Positions 20,038 to 28,931 of a stretch of DNA of 64,000 bases are shown piece after piece; position 1 is the stretch's first letter, and each line of letters begins with the position of its first letter. The position numbers and the translations under genes were made by a program. The DNA comes from an uncultured virus (IMG/VR IMGVR_UViG_3300034106_002431) (lineage: Duplodnaviria; Heunggongvirae; Uroviricota; Caudoviricetes): IMG/VR virus record IMGVR_UViG_3300034106_002431, one strand, 5' to 3'. The notes below the pieces were generated by a model that worked only from the letters and a program-made list of their open reading frames with translations, did not search any database and was not told the DNA's origin.

Positions 20038-20817
20038 TTACTGTGTGCCTCCCAGCCATACTGGAAGGAACTTTGAGGAGTTTGAAGAAAAATAATGACG
20101 AACAACATGTGTGTCTTTTTTGTCTTCAACATGCATTAAAACATCATCTTTGTCGAAGTATCTATGAAGATTCCTTGAACTAAAATAGTCAAATACCGAA
20201 TATTGAATTATTACCCAGGGTAATTGATAGTAGTCTTTTTCAGAAAGAAGTGTTTTATATTTTTCTAAAGTGTAGTTAATATATTGTTTCATTGATGATA
20301 GACACATGTTTTTGTGCTTTAAAATATTTTTACTAATAACTGTTATTCCATCATTTATAGCAGGGTATATCTTTAATGTTTTAGTTAGGTCATCACAGGT
20401 ATCTTCTCTGCTCCAAAGAAACTCTGTATTTCCATATTTTTCAAAAAGTTCTTCTGGATCTCTAAAAAACTCAGTATCTGTGTCCATATTAATAATATTA
20501 TCAAAATCAAAATCTTCTAGGCCTCTAAAAGCATTAACCCACCTATGCTCAACCACTCCTGCACTCCAAAATCCTGAGTGCCAATCTAAACTTATAATAT
20601 TATCAAAATGTATAAACTCTGTGTTTGGATCTTCTGGAAAATAAACAGAATGGCTATCTGGCAATCCAGGCTTATGAGAATAGTAAATTTTTACACTTAT
20701 GTCTTTGTTTATTTTTCTCAAAGTATTTAGTGAATGAGACAACTGCTTATACATATGGTTGTGCTCAATGCTTATCTTTTCATCAAGAACCATAGAAACC
20801 ACTATTCCATTTTTCAC
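20038..20817 (-). CDS. Putative GT-A glycosyltransferase-like protein
   Basis: SLNTLRK, IINMDTDTEF (DxD), INDG, Q and HYF elements of nucleotide-sugar transferases. Confidence 0.6.
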   Translation of the reverse strand: MKNGIVVSMVLDEKISIEHNHMYKQLSHSLNTLRKINKDISVKIYYSHKPGLPDSHSVYFPEDPNTEFIHFDNIISLDWHSGFWSAGVVEHRWVNAFRGLEDFDFDNIINMDTDTEFFRDPEELFEKYGNTEFLWSREDTCDDLTKTLKIYPAINDGITVISKNILKHKNMCLSSMKQYINYTLEKYKTLLSEKDYYQLPWVIIQYSVFDYFSSRNLHRYFDKDDVLMHVEDKKDTHVVRHYFSSNSSKFLPVWLGGTQ

Positions 20818-21338
20818 TCTAAATCTCCAAACATAAAAGATATGGCTGCTCTTGGAGTTAAAGATGTTACTTCATGCATAACAGTTTTTGGAACATAAAT
20901 AACATCTCCTGGATTAAGTGTATGCACCTCAGACTCGTCTTCATCAAATATTGTCCATGTGGCAGAGCCAACAAACTGAGCATAAATGACATCTATGGGG
21001 TCATTGTGCTTACTTGTTGTGGGCTCTTTAGTTGTAAAACTTACTGCCCCAAAATATCCAATGCATTTGCTAGGCTTTGATAACTCTTGGTGTAACTGTG
21101 TTAGTTTGTTTGCTTTATCTTCAACCCCTGGAAAATTTTTCTCATTAATGTTTTCTAGAGTCAATGTTAGTTTCTGAAAAAAGTTTATATTTCCGATAAC
21201 CTCTTTACCAAAAACTATTCCGTTCTTTGGATTGCTTAGATCATACGCATCATTAATAGAATTAATAAAATTGTTCCAGGAGTAGTCTTGATTAAAGAAG
21301 TTATTTACAACAACTACATTTCCCTTATTTGTTTTCAT
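20814..21338 (-). CDS. JmjC/cupin-type 2OG oxygenase
   Basis: HNDPIDV...QFVGSATW...LNPGDVIYVP...HEV. Confidence 0.8.
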   Translation of the reverse strand: MKTNKGNVVVVNNFFNQDYSWNNFINSINDAYDLSNPKNGIVFGKEVIGNINFFQKLTLTLENINEKNFPGVEDKANKLTQLHQELSKPSKCIGYFGAVSFTTKEPTTSKHNDPIDVIYAQFVGSATWTIFDEDESEVHTLNPGDVIYVPKTVMHEVTSLTPRAAISFMFGDLE

Positions 21339-21897
21339 TTTGAAGTTCCCATTGCTCTTCTGTTATTTGCCCTCTTACCACCTGAAGATATTCTACTCCC
21401 TTGGTAAACCACCAATGGTCTGGCTCAGCAAAGTGAAAGAAAATCATAGCAACATGATTAGTTTCTGGGTTAGGAAATTTTTCACGCCAGTGCATTTGAT
21501 CATTACCGTAGTACGCAAGTGCCTGATTTTTATAAAGAGTATATGCCTTGTCCTCAACAAAAAGGTCCCACGGCTCATTCTGATAAACACACATATCTAG
21601 AGTGTAGGTACATGCATTATCATCTTTGTGCTTATAAAGACTTGGTTCGGGATCTTGACCCTCATAATGTGCAAATAGGGTATATGTTGGAAGAAGTGTT
21701 TCACTATTAAATATTTCTCTGGCAGTTTCTGTTAGTTTGTCTGCCAACTCTCCTAAAATTGGTAGTCCACCATCTCCAATACAGTACCTGCTAAATCCAG
21801 GGTCAAAGCCAAAACTCTTAGGATTATCTAAAGATTGTAAAAGTCTTGAGTAATCCTCATCGCTTAACAAACTATCTACTAGTATTGGCTCTATCAT
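21325..21897 (-). CDS. 2OG-Fe(II) oxygenase-like protein
   Basis: LYKHKD...C.YTL...HWRE. Confidence 0.65.
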   Translation of the reverse strand: MIEPILVDSLLSDEDYSRLLQSLDNPKSFGFDPGFSRYCIGDGGLPILGELADKLTETAREIFNSETLLPTYTLFAHYEGQDPEPSLYKHKDDNACTYTLDMCVYQNEPWDLFVEDKAYTLYKNQALAYYGNDQMHWREKFPNPETNHVAMIFFHFAEPDHWWFTKGVEYLQVVRGQITEEQWELQNENK

Positions 21898-22565
21898 CTT
21901 AACCAACTAACGACTGCATACCTTTCTCCCTCAGTTACTGGAGACACAGAATGGTTGTATACATAAGTTGATGGGAAAACTATCATCTGATTTGCTTTAG
22001 GCTTAAAAGAAAGATTAAATCTTGGAAAATTTAATTCTCCTCCAGAATAGTTATCGTTAAGATAATACAAAGTTGACACTCTTCTATGGTAATCTGGATG
22101 ATCATCTATGTGATTTGTAAATTTTTGACCTACCCCATATTTTAAAATTTGATAAGAGTCATGCCAGGAGCAGGATATTCCATAATTATTTTGATAATTG
22201 TTTTCTATAGAAACCAAGTTTTCTAAAAAAAGATTAGCCATAGAGGTATAGAATGTTGAACTTACACTTGAGTAATCATCTTTTTCTGTTTCTGAATATG
22301 GAATACTGATGGTTTGTGTGTCTCTTGACTCTGTATTCACATTTGTCTCTACAGCATCCCCGATTCCAGTTTTTACCCGTGCTGCTTGCCATTCTATTTT
22401 TGCTGACAACATACCTTCTTCAAGGTCAAAAACAAAAGTTTTAAAAATATCTTCAGGAATTACATTTTCATAAGCCATGATTCCTGGTGCAATTTCGGTT
22501 CTTTCTATAGCCCTATATTTATTAAAAATTATTCCTTTATCGTTTTCCCAAAATACCTTTTCCAT
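21894..22565 (-). CDS. 2OG-Fe(II) oxygenase, prolyl-hydroxylase-like
   Basis: HID...YLNDNYSGGEL...HSV...GERY. Confidence 0.9.
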   Translation of the reverse strand: MEKVFWENDKGIIFNKYRAIERTEIAPGIMAYENVIPEDIFKTFVFDLEEGMLSAKIEWQAARVKTGIGDAVETNVNTESRDTQTISIPYSETEKDDYSSVSSTFYTSMANLFLENLVSIENNYQNNYGISCSWHDSYQILKYGVGQKFTNHIDDHPDYHRRVSTLYYLNDNYSGGELNFPRFNLSFKPKANQMIVFPSTYVYNHSVSPVTEGERYAVVSWLR

Positions 22566-22566
22566 G

Positions 22567-22806
22567 TTACCACTTCCCTAATGGACATACTGCCACTTGT
22601 AGTTTTGTTTTGGCTATCATAAAACATCCGCACTTTTTGCATTGTTTTGTTAATTTAATTAGTTCTGGACATGCTTTACAGATAGAGTATCTTTCTTCTG
22701 CTACCTCGGCAGTAGCCCACTCTGTTGAGGGGTTTACAATGTCCCAAGGCCTAGTTTCTCCCAAATTTTGTTTATATTTTTGCCAAGGAGTTAGTTCTTC
22801 TGACAT
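22567..22806 (-). CDS. Small Cys-rich metal-binding protein
   Basis: ERYSICKAC...QCKKCGCF...KTKL...CPLGKW. Confidence 0.7.
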   Translation of the reverse strand: MSEELTPWQKYKQNLGETRPWDIVNPSTEWATAEVAEERYSICKACPELIKLTKQCKKCGCFMIAKTKLQVAVCPLGKW

Positions 22807-22851
22807 TTATATCTCCTTCTATAGTTGTTTTATTCTATTATACACTATAGA

Positions 22852-25068
22852 CTAGCATCCGCAATCGCCATTACAACATGATGGGCAAGGCTCATAGCAA
22901 TAATTTCTGATACATCCAGTACATCCTCCTGTTGGTGTTGGTGCTACAGGAGTAGGTGCTACTGGGGTTGGTGCGACAGGTGTTGGCGCTACAGGAGTAG
23001 GTGCTACTGGGGTTGGTGCTACTGGTGTAGGTGCAACTGGTGTAGGTGCAACTGGTGTAGGTGCAAAGAATGGTGGGAAGAACGGTGGGAAGAATGGGAA
23101 GAACGGTGGGAAGAACGGTGGGAAGAATGGTGGTGCTACAGGTGTAGGTGTATTCCATGGAGTTGATGAACACTCTCCAAACTCTGTGCTGTAGTAATAT
23201 CCACAACTCTGGCATTGTGACTGATTAAGAATTGATGGATCTGCACAAATGTTAACAGGTGCTACTGGTGTAGGTGCTACAGGTGTAGGAGCAACTGGTG
23301 TTGGAGCAACTGGTGTTGGAGCAACTGGTGTTGGTGCTACAGGTGTAGGGGCAACTGGTGTTGGAGCAACTGGGGTAGGTGTATTCCATGGAGTTGAAGA
23401 ACACTCTCCAAATGTTGGTGACCAGTAGTATCCGCAGCCCTGGCACTGTCCTTGTGTAAGGATTGAAGGATCTGCACAAACATTAACAGGTGCTACTGGT
23501 GTAGGAGCAACTGGTGTTGGAGCAACAGGTGTAGGTGCTACAGGTGTAGGTGCAACTGGGGTAGGTGATACGCTAATACATTCACCAAACTCTTGGCTCC
23601 ATACTAATCCACATTCAGCACATTGTGACTGAGGAATTAAACTCCAGTCTGGGTTACAAGGGTTTACAGGAGTTGGTGCTACAGGAGTAGGAGCAACAGG
23701 GGTTGGTGCTACAGGAGTAGGTGTTCCATCACATGGAAATGCTGGTAATGCTGGGTAAGATGTTCCTTCTGGTCCATAAACACATACTGTTGCAGCCACG
23801 TTATTGCAACTAGTATTATTGGTGTCGCTTGTGTAATTAGCAGTAGTTCCATCGTTTTCTCTTGTAGAGCAATACCATTGATTTGTAGGTACAGGTGTTG
23901 GTACAGGAACTGGTGTTGGAGTAACTGGTATAGGTGTTACAGGTGTAACTGTGCATGTTGGATCTGATGGAGCAGAATTTGCTTGACATACAAAATTAGT
24001 TAAATTTGGATAAGCCTGAAGTGCGAGAGCCTCTATCTCTGCACAAGATGCTCCAGTATTGTTTCCAATTACACTACCATTTGAACAGAATTTTGCATAA
24101 TAAGTTGTTGATGGTATTGGAGTTGGAACAGGGATAGGGATAGGAGCAAAGTATGGTGGGAAGAATGGTGGGAAGAATGGAGGGAAGAATGGGAAGAATG
24201 GAGGGACTGGTGTTACAGGTGGTGCTGGTGCTACTGGGGTTGGTGCTACAGGAGTAGGAGCAACAGGTGTTGGTGCTACAGGTGTAGGTGCAACTGGGGT
24301 TGGTGCTACAGGGGTTGGTGCAACTGGTGTAGGAGTAGGTACTGCAACGCCTTCATAAACATCACCATACAAAATCCAAGAATCTGTTGCAATTTTTACA
24401 AGAGTTCCTCTGCTATATTGTCCATCTAAAAATAGTTGTGAGTTTTTGCTACCCACTGTTACTCCAGATGCTGGAACAAAAGTTGTTTTTGCTGAACCAG
24501 CCTCAACCAGATTGTACTTATATCCAACTGGGATGCTAACAGAAGAATTTAGCGGGATAGTTAAATTCATTGGAGATGATGCTTGTAGTAAAATTGTCTT
24601 ATTAACATCCAGGGCACTTAAAGTAAATCCAGTTGTCTTAATTACTACAGTATTATTATTTAGTAGAGATGGATCAAGATCAAATCTTTCATCAATACCG
24701 TTCCATTCAAGACCATCTCCTGCAAGGTTTGGATACTCTGCTGTAGCACCTTCGAGAGCGTTAATAACATATGCCTGTGATGCTAGATTTGCAGTATTTG
24801 CTATACCGTGGACATCTGTTGTCTTGTTTTGATGAGCAACACGTGCTGCTGTTTCAGCAGCGATTGCATCTGTAAGAGTTTTAAGGTGGTTTGCAATTGA
24901 GGGGATTGGAAGAGGGCCTGGTTCTGTTGCTGCTGCATCATAAGTGTCTGATCCATAGTGGTAAAGTCTTAATGCTGCTTGAATATCGGCTGGATCTCCG
25001 AGTCCTGGCATTTTGGTGTTGAACGGCCCAGTACCCGTAGGGGTTTTGTCAATATTTTCTGCTGCCAC
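22852..25068 (-). CDS. Pro-rich virion fibre-like protein with PTPVA and PPFF repeats, Cys-rich modules and a Cys-rich C-terminus
   Basis: N-terminal fibre domain related to the C-terminus of 13853-15451; many PTPVA repeats; ends GCTGCIRNYCYEPCPSCCNGDCGC. Confidence 0.8.
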   Translation of the reverse strand: MAAENIDKTPTGTGPFNTKMPGLGDPADIQAALRLYHYGSDTYDAAATEPGPLPIPSIANHLKTLTDAIAAETAARVAHQNKTTDVHGIANTANLASQAYVINALEGATAEYPNLAGDGLEWNGIDERFDLDPSLLNNNTVVIKTTGFTLSALDVNKTILLQASSPMNLTIPLNSSVSIPVGYKYNLVEAGSAKTTFVPASGVTVGSKNSQLFLDGQYSRGTLVKIATDSWILYGDVYEGVAVPTPTPVAPTPVAPTPVAPTPVAPTPVAPTPVAPTPVAPAPPVTPVPPFFPFFPPFFPPFFPPYFAPIPIPVPTPIPSTTYYAKFCSNGSVIGNNTGASCAEIEALALQAYPNLTNFVCQANSAPSDPTCTVTPVTPIPVTPTPVPVPTPVPTNQWYCSTRENDGTTANYTSDTNNTSCNNVAATVCVYGPEGTSYPALPAFPCDGTPTPVAPTPVAPTPVAPTPVNPCNPDWSLIPQSQCAECGLVWSQEFGECISVSPTPVAPTPVAPTPVAPTPVAPTPVAPVNVCADPSILTQGQCQGCGYYWSPTFGECSSTPWNTPTPVAPTPVAPTPVAPTPVAPTPVAPTPVAPTPVAPTPVAPVNICADPSILNQSQCQSCGYYYSTEFGECSSTPWNTPTPVAPPFFPPFFPPFFPFFPPFFPPFFAPTPVAPTPVAPTPVAPTPVAPTPVAPTPVAPTPVAPTPVAPTPTGGCTGCIRNYCYEPCPSCCNGDCGC

Positions 25069-25087
25069 TATAAATCACCTCTTGTCA

Positions 25088-25684
25088 TTATACCACCGTA
25101 ATAAATAAATGAACACGCTTTGGACCAGCCATAGGCTGCCAAGCGTCATCAATATATTCTACACCCTTTATTTCAAGTGGTAGTGCCAAAAAGCCTTGAC
25201 TGGTTATTAGTGGCTTTACTATAAGAGTTGTTGCTAAAGGACCAGAAGAATCTGGTGAGGATATTGAGTACTGGACATTAAAGGCATTTGATGTTGCTGC
25301 GGTTTCTCCAGAATCTCCATAAATATCGTAAACGTTTATTGGTGTTATTTCTAGTGTTCCATCAACAGCAACTTCCTCTTTAATTGAAGAGTAGTAGTTT
25401 GTTTTTAGGTTGAACATTGTCGTCCATTGTGTTCCAGTCGCTGTTGCTACTCTTTGAAAAACTGTTTTGTATGTTTCAGATGCTGGCTGAATGTCAATTG
25501 CAATATCTAATGCCTGAAGGCTTTGAACAATTGCAGCATTTACGTTAGCATCTTGTGGGTTGCCATTTGATGCTAGGATAATGCTTCCACGATCACCCTG
25601 TGGTCCTATATCTAAATCAAGACTAACTGTTTCTGGTCCACCAAAGACTGTTAGGTCGTCATTTGATAAAAGGATGTCTGCCAT
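25088..25684 (-). CDS. Virion structural protein
   Basis: DIGPQGDRGS motif; in the structural operon. Confidence 0.55.
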   Translation of the reverse strand: MADILLSNDDLTVFGGPETVSLDLDIGPQGDRGSIILASNGNPQDANVNAAIVQSLQALDIAIDIQPASETYKTVFQRVATATGTQWTTMFNLKTNYYSSIKEEVAVDGTLEITPINVYDIYGDSGETAATSNAFNVQYSISSPDSSGPLATTLIVKPLITSQGFLALPLEIKGVEYIDDAWQPMAGPKRVHLFITVV

Positions 25685-26820
25685 TATGCTCCTGTTACAG
25701 GAAATTCTGCAATAATGATTCCTGAGTTTTCGCTATTTGTGTAATTTAAAGCACCTGTAACAGAGAAAGAACCTGGTTCAGGTGATGCTGAAATTCCTGT
25801 ACAAAGAGTATATCCAGTTTTAGGTGTTAATAATATTTGTGCTACATATGTTCTAGATGGTTTAAATGTTCCAGTAAAGTTTTCATAAGTAACTGGATCA
25901 GTTAAAGATTTTTCTTTCCACGATAAAGTAACTGAATACTGTGCTGTTTCTGGAACAGATGTATTTGGAGCAATACCAGTAACTGGAGGAGTTACACCAT
26001 TTATTGCTAAGAGTGAAACTGGTTTTGCTGTCTTCGGAAATGTTGCAATTACTACTGCCCCGCTAATTGGCTCTGTTGTATATTCAGGATTTTCTGCAAT
26101 ATCTGCACCCTCTACTGAAAACTTATTAGCAGGTGTTCCAAGAATCCTATATGGCGCTCTAGGTGTTATAGTTATTTCTGCCTTGTATGCTTTGTCTGGT
26201 CCAAATGTGTAATCTGTAGTTGGTAATAGAGTTGTACCGTTTGGCTCAAACCATCTAACTGTTCCAAAATATTCTGCTGTTCCAATAACTGACGTGTCTG
26301 GTTCTGCACATGTAACTGGAACTGTTAGTCCTAGAATATTGTAATCTGATAAAGATCCTCTAGTTCCATCATTAGCACCAGTTACTTGATCTGTAACTGT
26401 TATTTTGCCAGTAAGTAGTGTTTGAACAACTTCGTATTGACCACTGCCTGGCAAACCTGCTGGCTTTTTAACTTCAACGTCATACACATACTCTGTTCCA
26501 GCAATAAGAGTTTCTGCATCTGTTGGTCTTATTGCACAAGAAACATTTGTGCCATCTTCTGATATTCTTGCAAAGCATCTTATTGGCTGTTGAACTCCTG
26601 GAGCAGTGGATATTGGTCCTCTAGCAGTAGCAATTGTAAATTGAGCACTATCATATGTTGAAGCCAAAGCATTTACATAATCTGGATCATTAGCAAAACT
26701 TGTTGGGGCATCGTAATGGCGTAAATCAAAAACCGTTCCATCGTTCTTTTTCGGGTAGATCTTAAACTCAAAGGTATCACCCTTATAGTAGTTAAAGTCA
26801 TAGGTTGCTGGAAATGCCAT
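25684..26820 (-). CDS. Baseplate-like protein with two C-terminal Ig-like repeats
   Basis: YKGDTFEF...YVYDVEV...LLTGKITV; duplicated F...Y.A.I...P...Y...FSV.GA...ATFP unit. Confidence 0.55.
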   Translation of the reverse strand: MAFPATYDFNYYKGDTFEFKIYPKKNDGTVFDLRHYDAPTSFANDPDYVNALASTYDSAQFTIATARGPISTAPGVQQPIRCFARISEDGTNVSCAIRPTDAETLIAGTEYVYDVEVKKPAGLPGSGQYEVVQTLLTGKITVTDQVTGANDGTRGSLSDYNILGLTVPVTCAEPDTSVIGTAEYFGTVRWFEPNGTTLLPTTDYTFGPDKAYKAEITITPRAPYRILGTPANKFSVEGADIAENPEYTTEPISGAVVIATFPKTAKPVSLLAINGVTPPVTGIAPNTSVPETAQYSVTLSWKEKSLTDPVTYENFTGTFKPSRTYVAQILLTPKTGYTLCTGISASPEPGSFSVTGALNYTNSENSGIIIAEFPVTGA

Positions 26821-26827
26821 GGTTTTA

Positions 26828-27559
26828 TTATACCACGCTGACGTAGACAGAATTGAAGATTACGGAGGCATCAAAGTCTGTTCTAATTTGAGGCACTGCT
26901 CCGTTGCCCCACATAGCCTTGTCTTCGATAAATATATTTTGAGTAACTGAAAGGTTGTAGACATTTTGATACTTAAGAGATCCTACAAACTGCACAAACT
27001 CCTGATCCTTACTTGCAAAATATGTCCTTAGCCAAACCTCGGTGTTAGCCGTATAGGTAGTTAGTTCAAAGTTATATGTTAGGAATACTTGGGATCCTTC
27101 GTTTATACCGTGGAAGTTTAGGGCTCTTTGATGACTATTCCAAAGGCTAGTGCATCCTTTTGGAAGGTATGTTTCATTTTGGGATTTGTCTTTTGTATCT
27201 AATAGTAGAGTTACCCATCCATCGTTTCCTTGAGATACTCCGAGTTTTGTTGGTTTGTCAATAGTGTTTGTGTATGATGCCCATCCTGCTTGTTGTCCTG
27301 AAGAAGATAAAGAACTTGCTCCATCTTTTCCTGCTGGACCTTTATCACCCTTTTGTCCTGGCTTTCCTTCTGGTCCTTCAGGTCCTTCTTTTCCATCTCT
27401 ACCGTCTCTACCTGCGGGTCCCTGTGGTCCTACTGGGCCAGGGACTGGAAGAAATGAAAGAGCATTATCCACAGTAGGAGATGCTTGACTTTGTTCTACT
27501 TGTGCAGCATAAGAAGATTTTTTTGCACCTGGAAAATCCATAGATTTAGAAACAGCCAT
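26828..27559 (-). CDS. Collagen-like (Gly-X-Y) virion protein
   Basis: GPVGPQGPAGRDGRDGKEGPEGPEGKPGQKGDKGPAGKDG. Confidence 0.85.
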   Translation of the reverse strand: MAVSKSMDFPGAKKSSYAAQVEQSQASPTVDNALSFLPVPGPVGPQGPAGRDGRDGKEGPEGPEGKPGQKGDKGPAGKDGASSLSSSGQQAGWASYTNTIDKPTKLGVSQGNDGWVTLLLDTKDKSQNETYLPKGCTSLWNSHQRALNFHGINEGSQVFLTYNFELTTYTANTEVWLRTYFASKDQEFVQFVGSLKYQNVYNLSVTQNIFIEDKAMWGNGAVPQIRTDFDASVIFNSVYVSVV

Positions 27560-27579
27560 GGAGTTATTATCTCACGTTA

Positions 27580-27975
27580 TTATGCTTGAATGTTTACATC
27601 AATAGATGTAATAATTCCATTTACAATATTAAAAGTTTGATTTCCAATAGTAAAGGATGAGTTAACACCAATTGGTAGTTCAGCATCTGCACCTTTTGCT
27701 GCAAGTAAATCCCAAATAAATCCTTCTGATGGTGTGTCTCCAACGTTTCCACCATTAGGATGCTTGCGATACCAAAGTTGTCCTTCGTATGTTACAACAT
27801 CTCCAACTGCATATCCTGCACCTGGGTTGTATTCACCATTGTAAGACCATAGTGCGTCAGCACCTGCGGGTCCCTGTAAACCTTGTGCTCCTTGTGGACC
27901 TTGAGGGCCTACGGCTCCTTCGTCTCCCTTGTCTCCAACTGCGCCTGGCATTGGAACAATCTTAATAACTGCCAT
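27580..27975 (-). CDS. Short collagen-like protein with a carbohydrate-binding-like module
   Basis: Gly-X-Y run followed by YAVGDVVTYEGQLW. Confidence 0.75.
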   Translation of the reverse strand: MAVIKIVPMPGAVGDKGDEGAVGPQGPQGAQGLQGPAGADALWSYNGEYNPGAGYAVGDVVTYEGQLWYRKHPNGGNVGDTPSEGFIWDLLAAKGADAELPIGVNSSFTIGNQTFNIVNGIITSIDVNIQA

Positions 27976-28370
27976 TATAGTGTACCCCCTGGTGTAACAT
28001 CGCCTAATACTTGAATGGTTCCAATAACAGGAGTCCAAACAGTGTCTTCAATCTCTTGTGGAATTATTACTTGTAAATCAAATGGCAACTGAGCCACGAC
28101 TGATGAATATTTTAATCCCCAGTTTTTTGTAACTGAAGGGTAGGCTGTAATATCAACAAAACCTTCTCCAGGCTCACAGTCCAGGGCATCTAAAACGTTG
28201 CCAGACTGGTCATAAGCAGTTGCTCTAAAAATCCATCCATCAGTATTGTAATAATCTACTTCATTATCTTCATAAAACTCTACTCTCAGAGTTCCAGTAT
28301 CTCCTCTAACAACGCTCCATTGCATAGTGACTGGATCGGCACCAAAAGCAAGAGAAGAGTGGTTAGGCAT
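27975..28370 (-). CDS. Baseplate/adaptor-like virion protein (paralog of 18364-18753)
   Basis: WSVVRGDT...FDLQV...VWT...GDVT; TATAAT-N6-ATG. Confidence 0.55.
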   Translation of the reverse strand: MPNHSSLAFGADPVTMQWSVVRGDTGTLRVEFYEDNEVDYYNTDGWIFRATAYDQSGNVLDALDCEPGEGFVDITAYPSVTKNWGLKYSSVVAQLPFDLQVIIPQEIEDTVWTPVIGTIQVLGDVTPGGTL

Positions 28371-28393
28371 ACTGTGATTATACCATAAAAATT

Positions 28394-28442
28394 GACTAAT
28401 ACCATGGTCGGTGGGTATAGGACAAACCAAGGTATTAGCCAA
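28394..28442 (-). ncRNA. Candidate small hairpin RNA
   Basis: TATAAT (28449-28454, minus), then a GGCUAAUACC/GGUAUUAGUC stem and a U-tract. Confidence 0.35.
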
Positions 28443-28635
28443 CAATAAATTATACCATAATAGACAAAACGGACATGATATTTAAAGTTATCAAATTGTT
28501 ATAATAGTCAATGTCCGATTTGTTACCATAAGTCTATTTTAGCCAGGTTAGGGATAGTGTATACTTTAAATATATAAGAAAAAAGAACTATCTTTATAGT
28601 TTTAAAAACTATCTTTATATATAGTATATAGCAAA

Positions 28636-28902
28636 TTATTTCTTAGAGTCAGAAATATGCTGAATTAGAATTCTATACAAGTCGTCAAGTTTTCTTTCTT
28701 GGCGATCTCGTGATTCTTCGGAATTAATTTTTTGTTCTTGAACAGCCAACTCTAATCTTGACATTTGATCTTTTAGTGATGATCCAGAATTTGGCTTAAG
28801 TTCGCTTAGATAATGTTTAACAAGCCACTTGATTCCAAATGCTATTGATGATACAATTGTAAGTATGGCTACGATTAGGGAAGCCCAGTCTTGCACAGTC
28901 AT
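28636..28902 (-). CDS. Small membrane protein (holin-like)
   Basis: N-terminal TM helix, ELKPNSGSSLKD motif, coiled coil. Confidence 0.55.
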   Translation of the reverse strand: MTVQDWASLIVAILTIVSSIAFGIKWLVKHYLSELKPNSGSSLKDQMSRLELAVQEQKINSEESRDRQERKLDDLYRILIQHISDSKK

Positions 28903-28931
28903 GACATTATTATAAGGGACGTTTATACTAA

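Noticed and set aside
27465..27473. Isolated DnaA box
   Set aside because: A single copy inside a coding region; probably chance.
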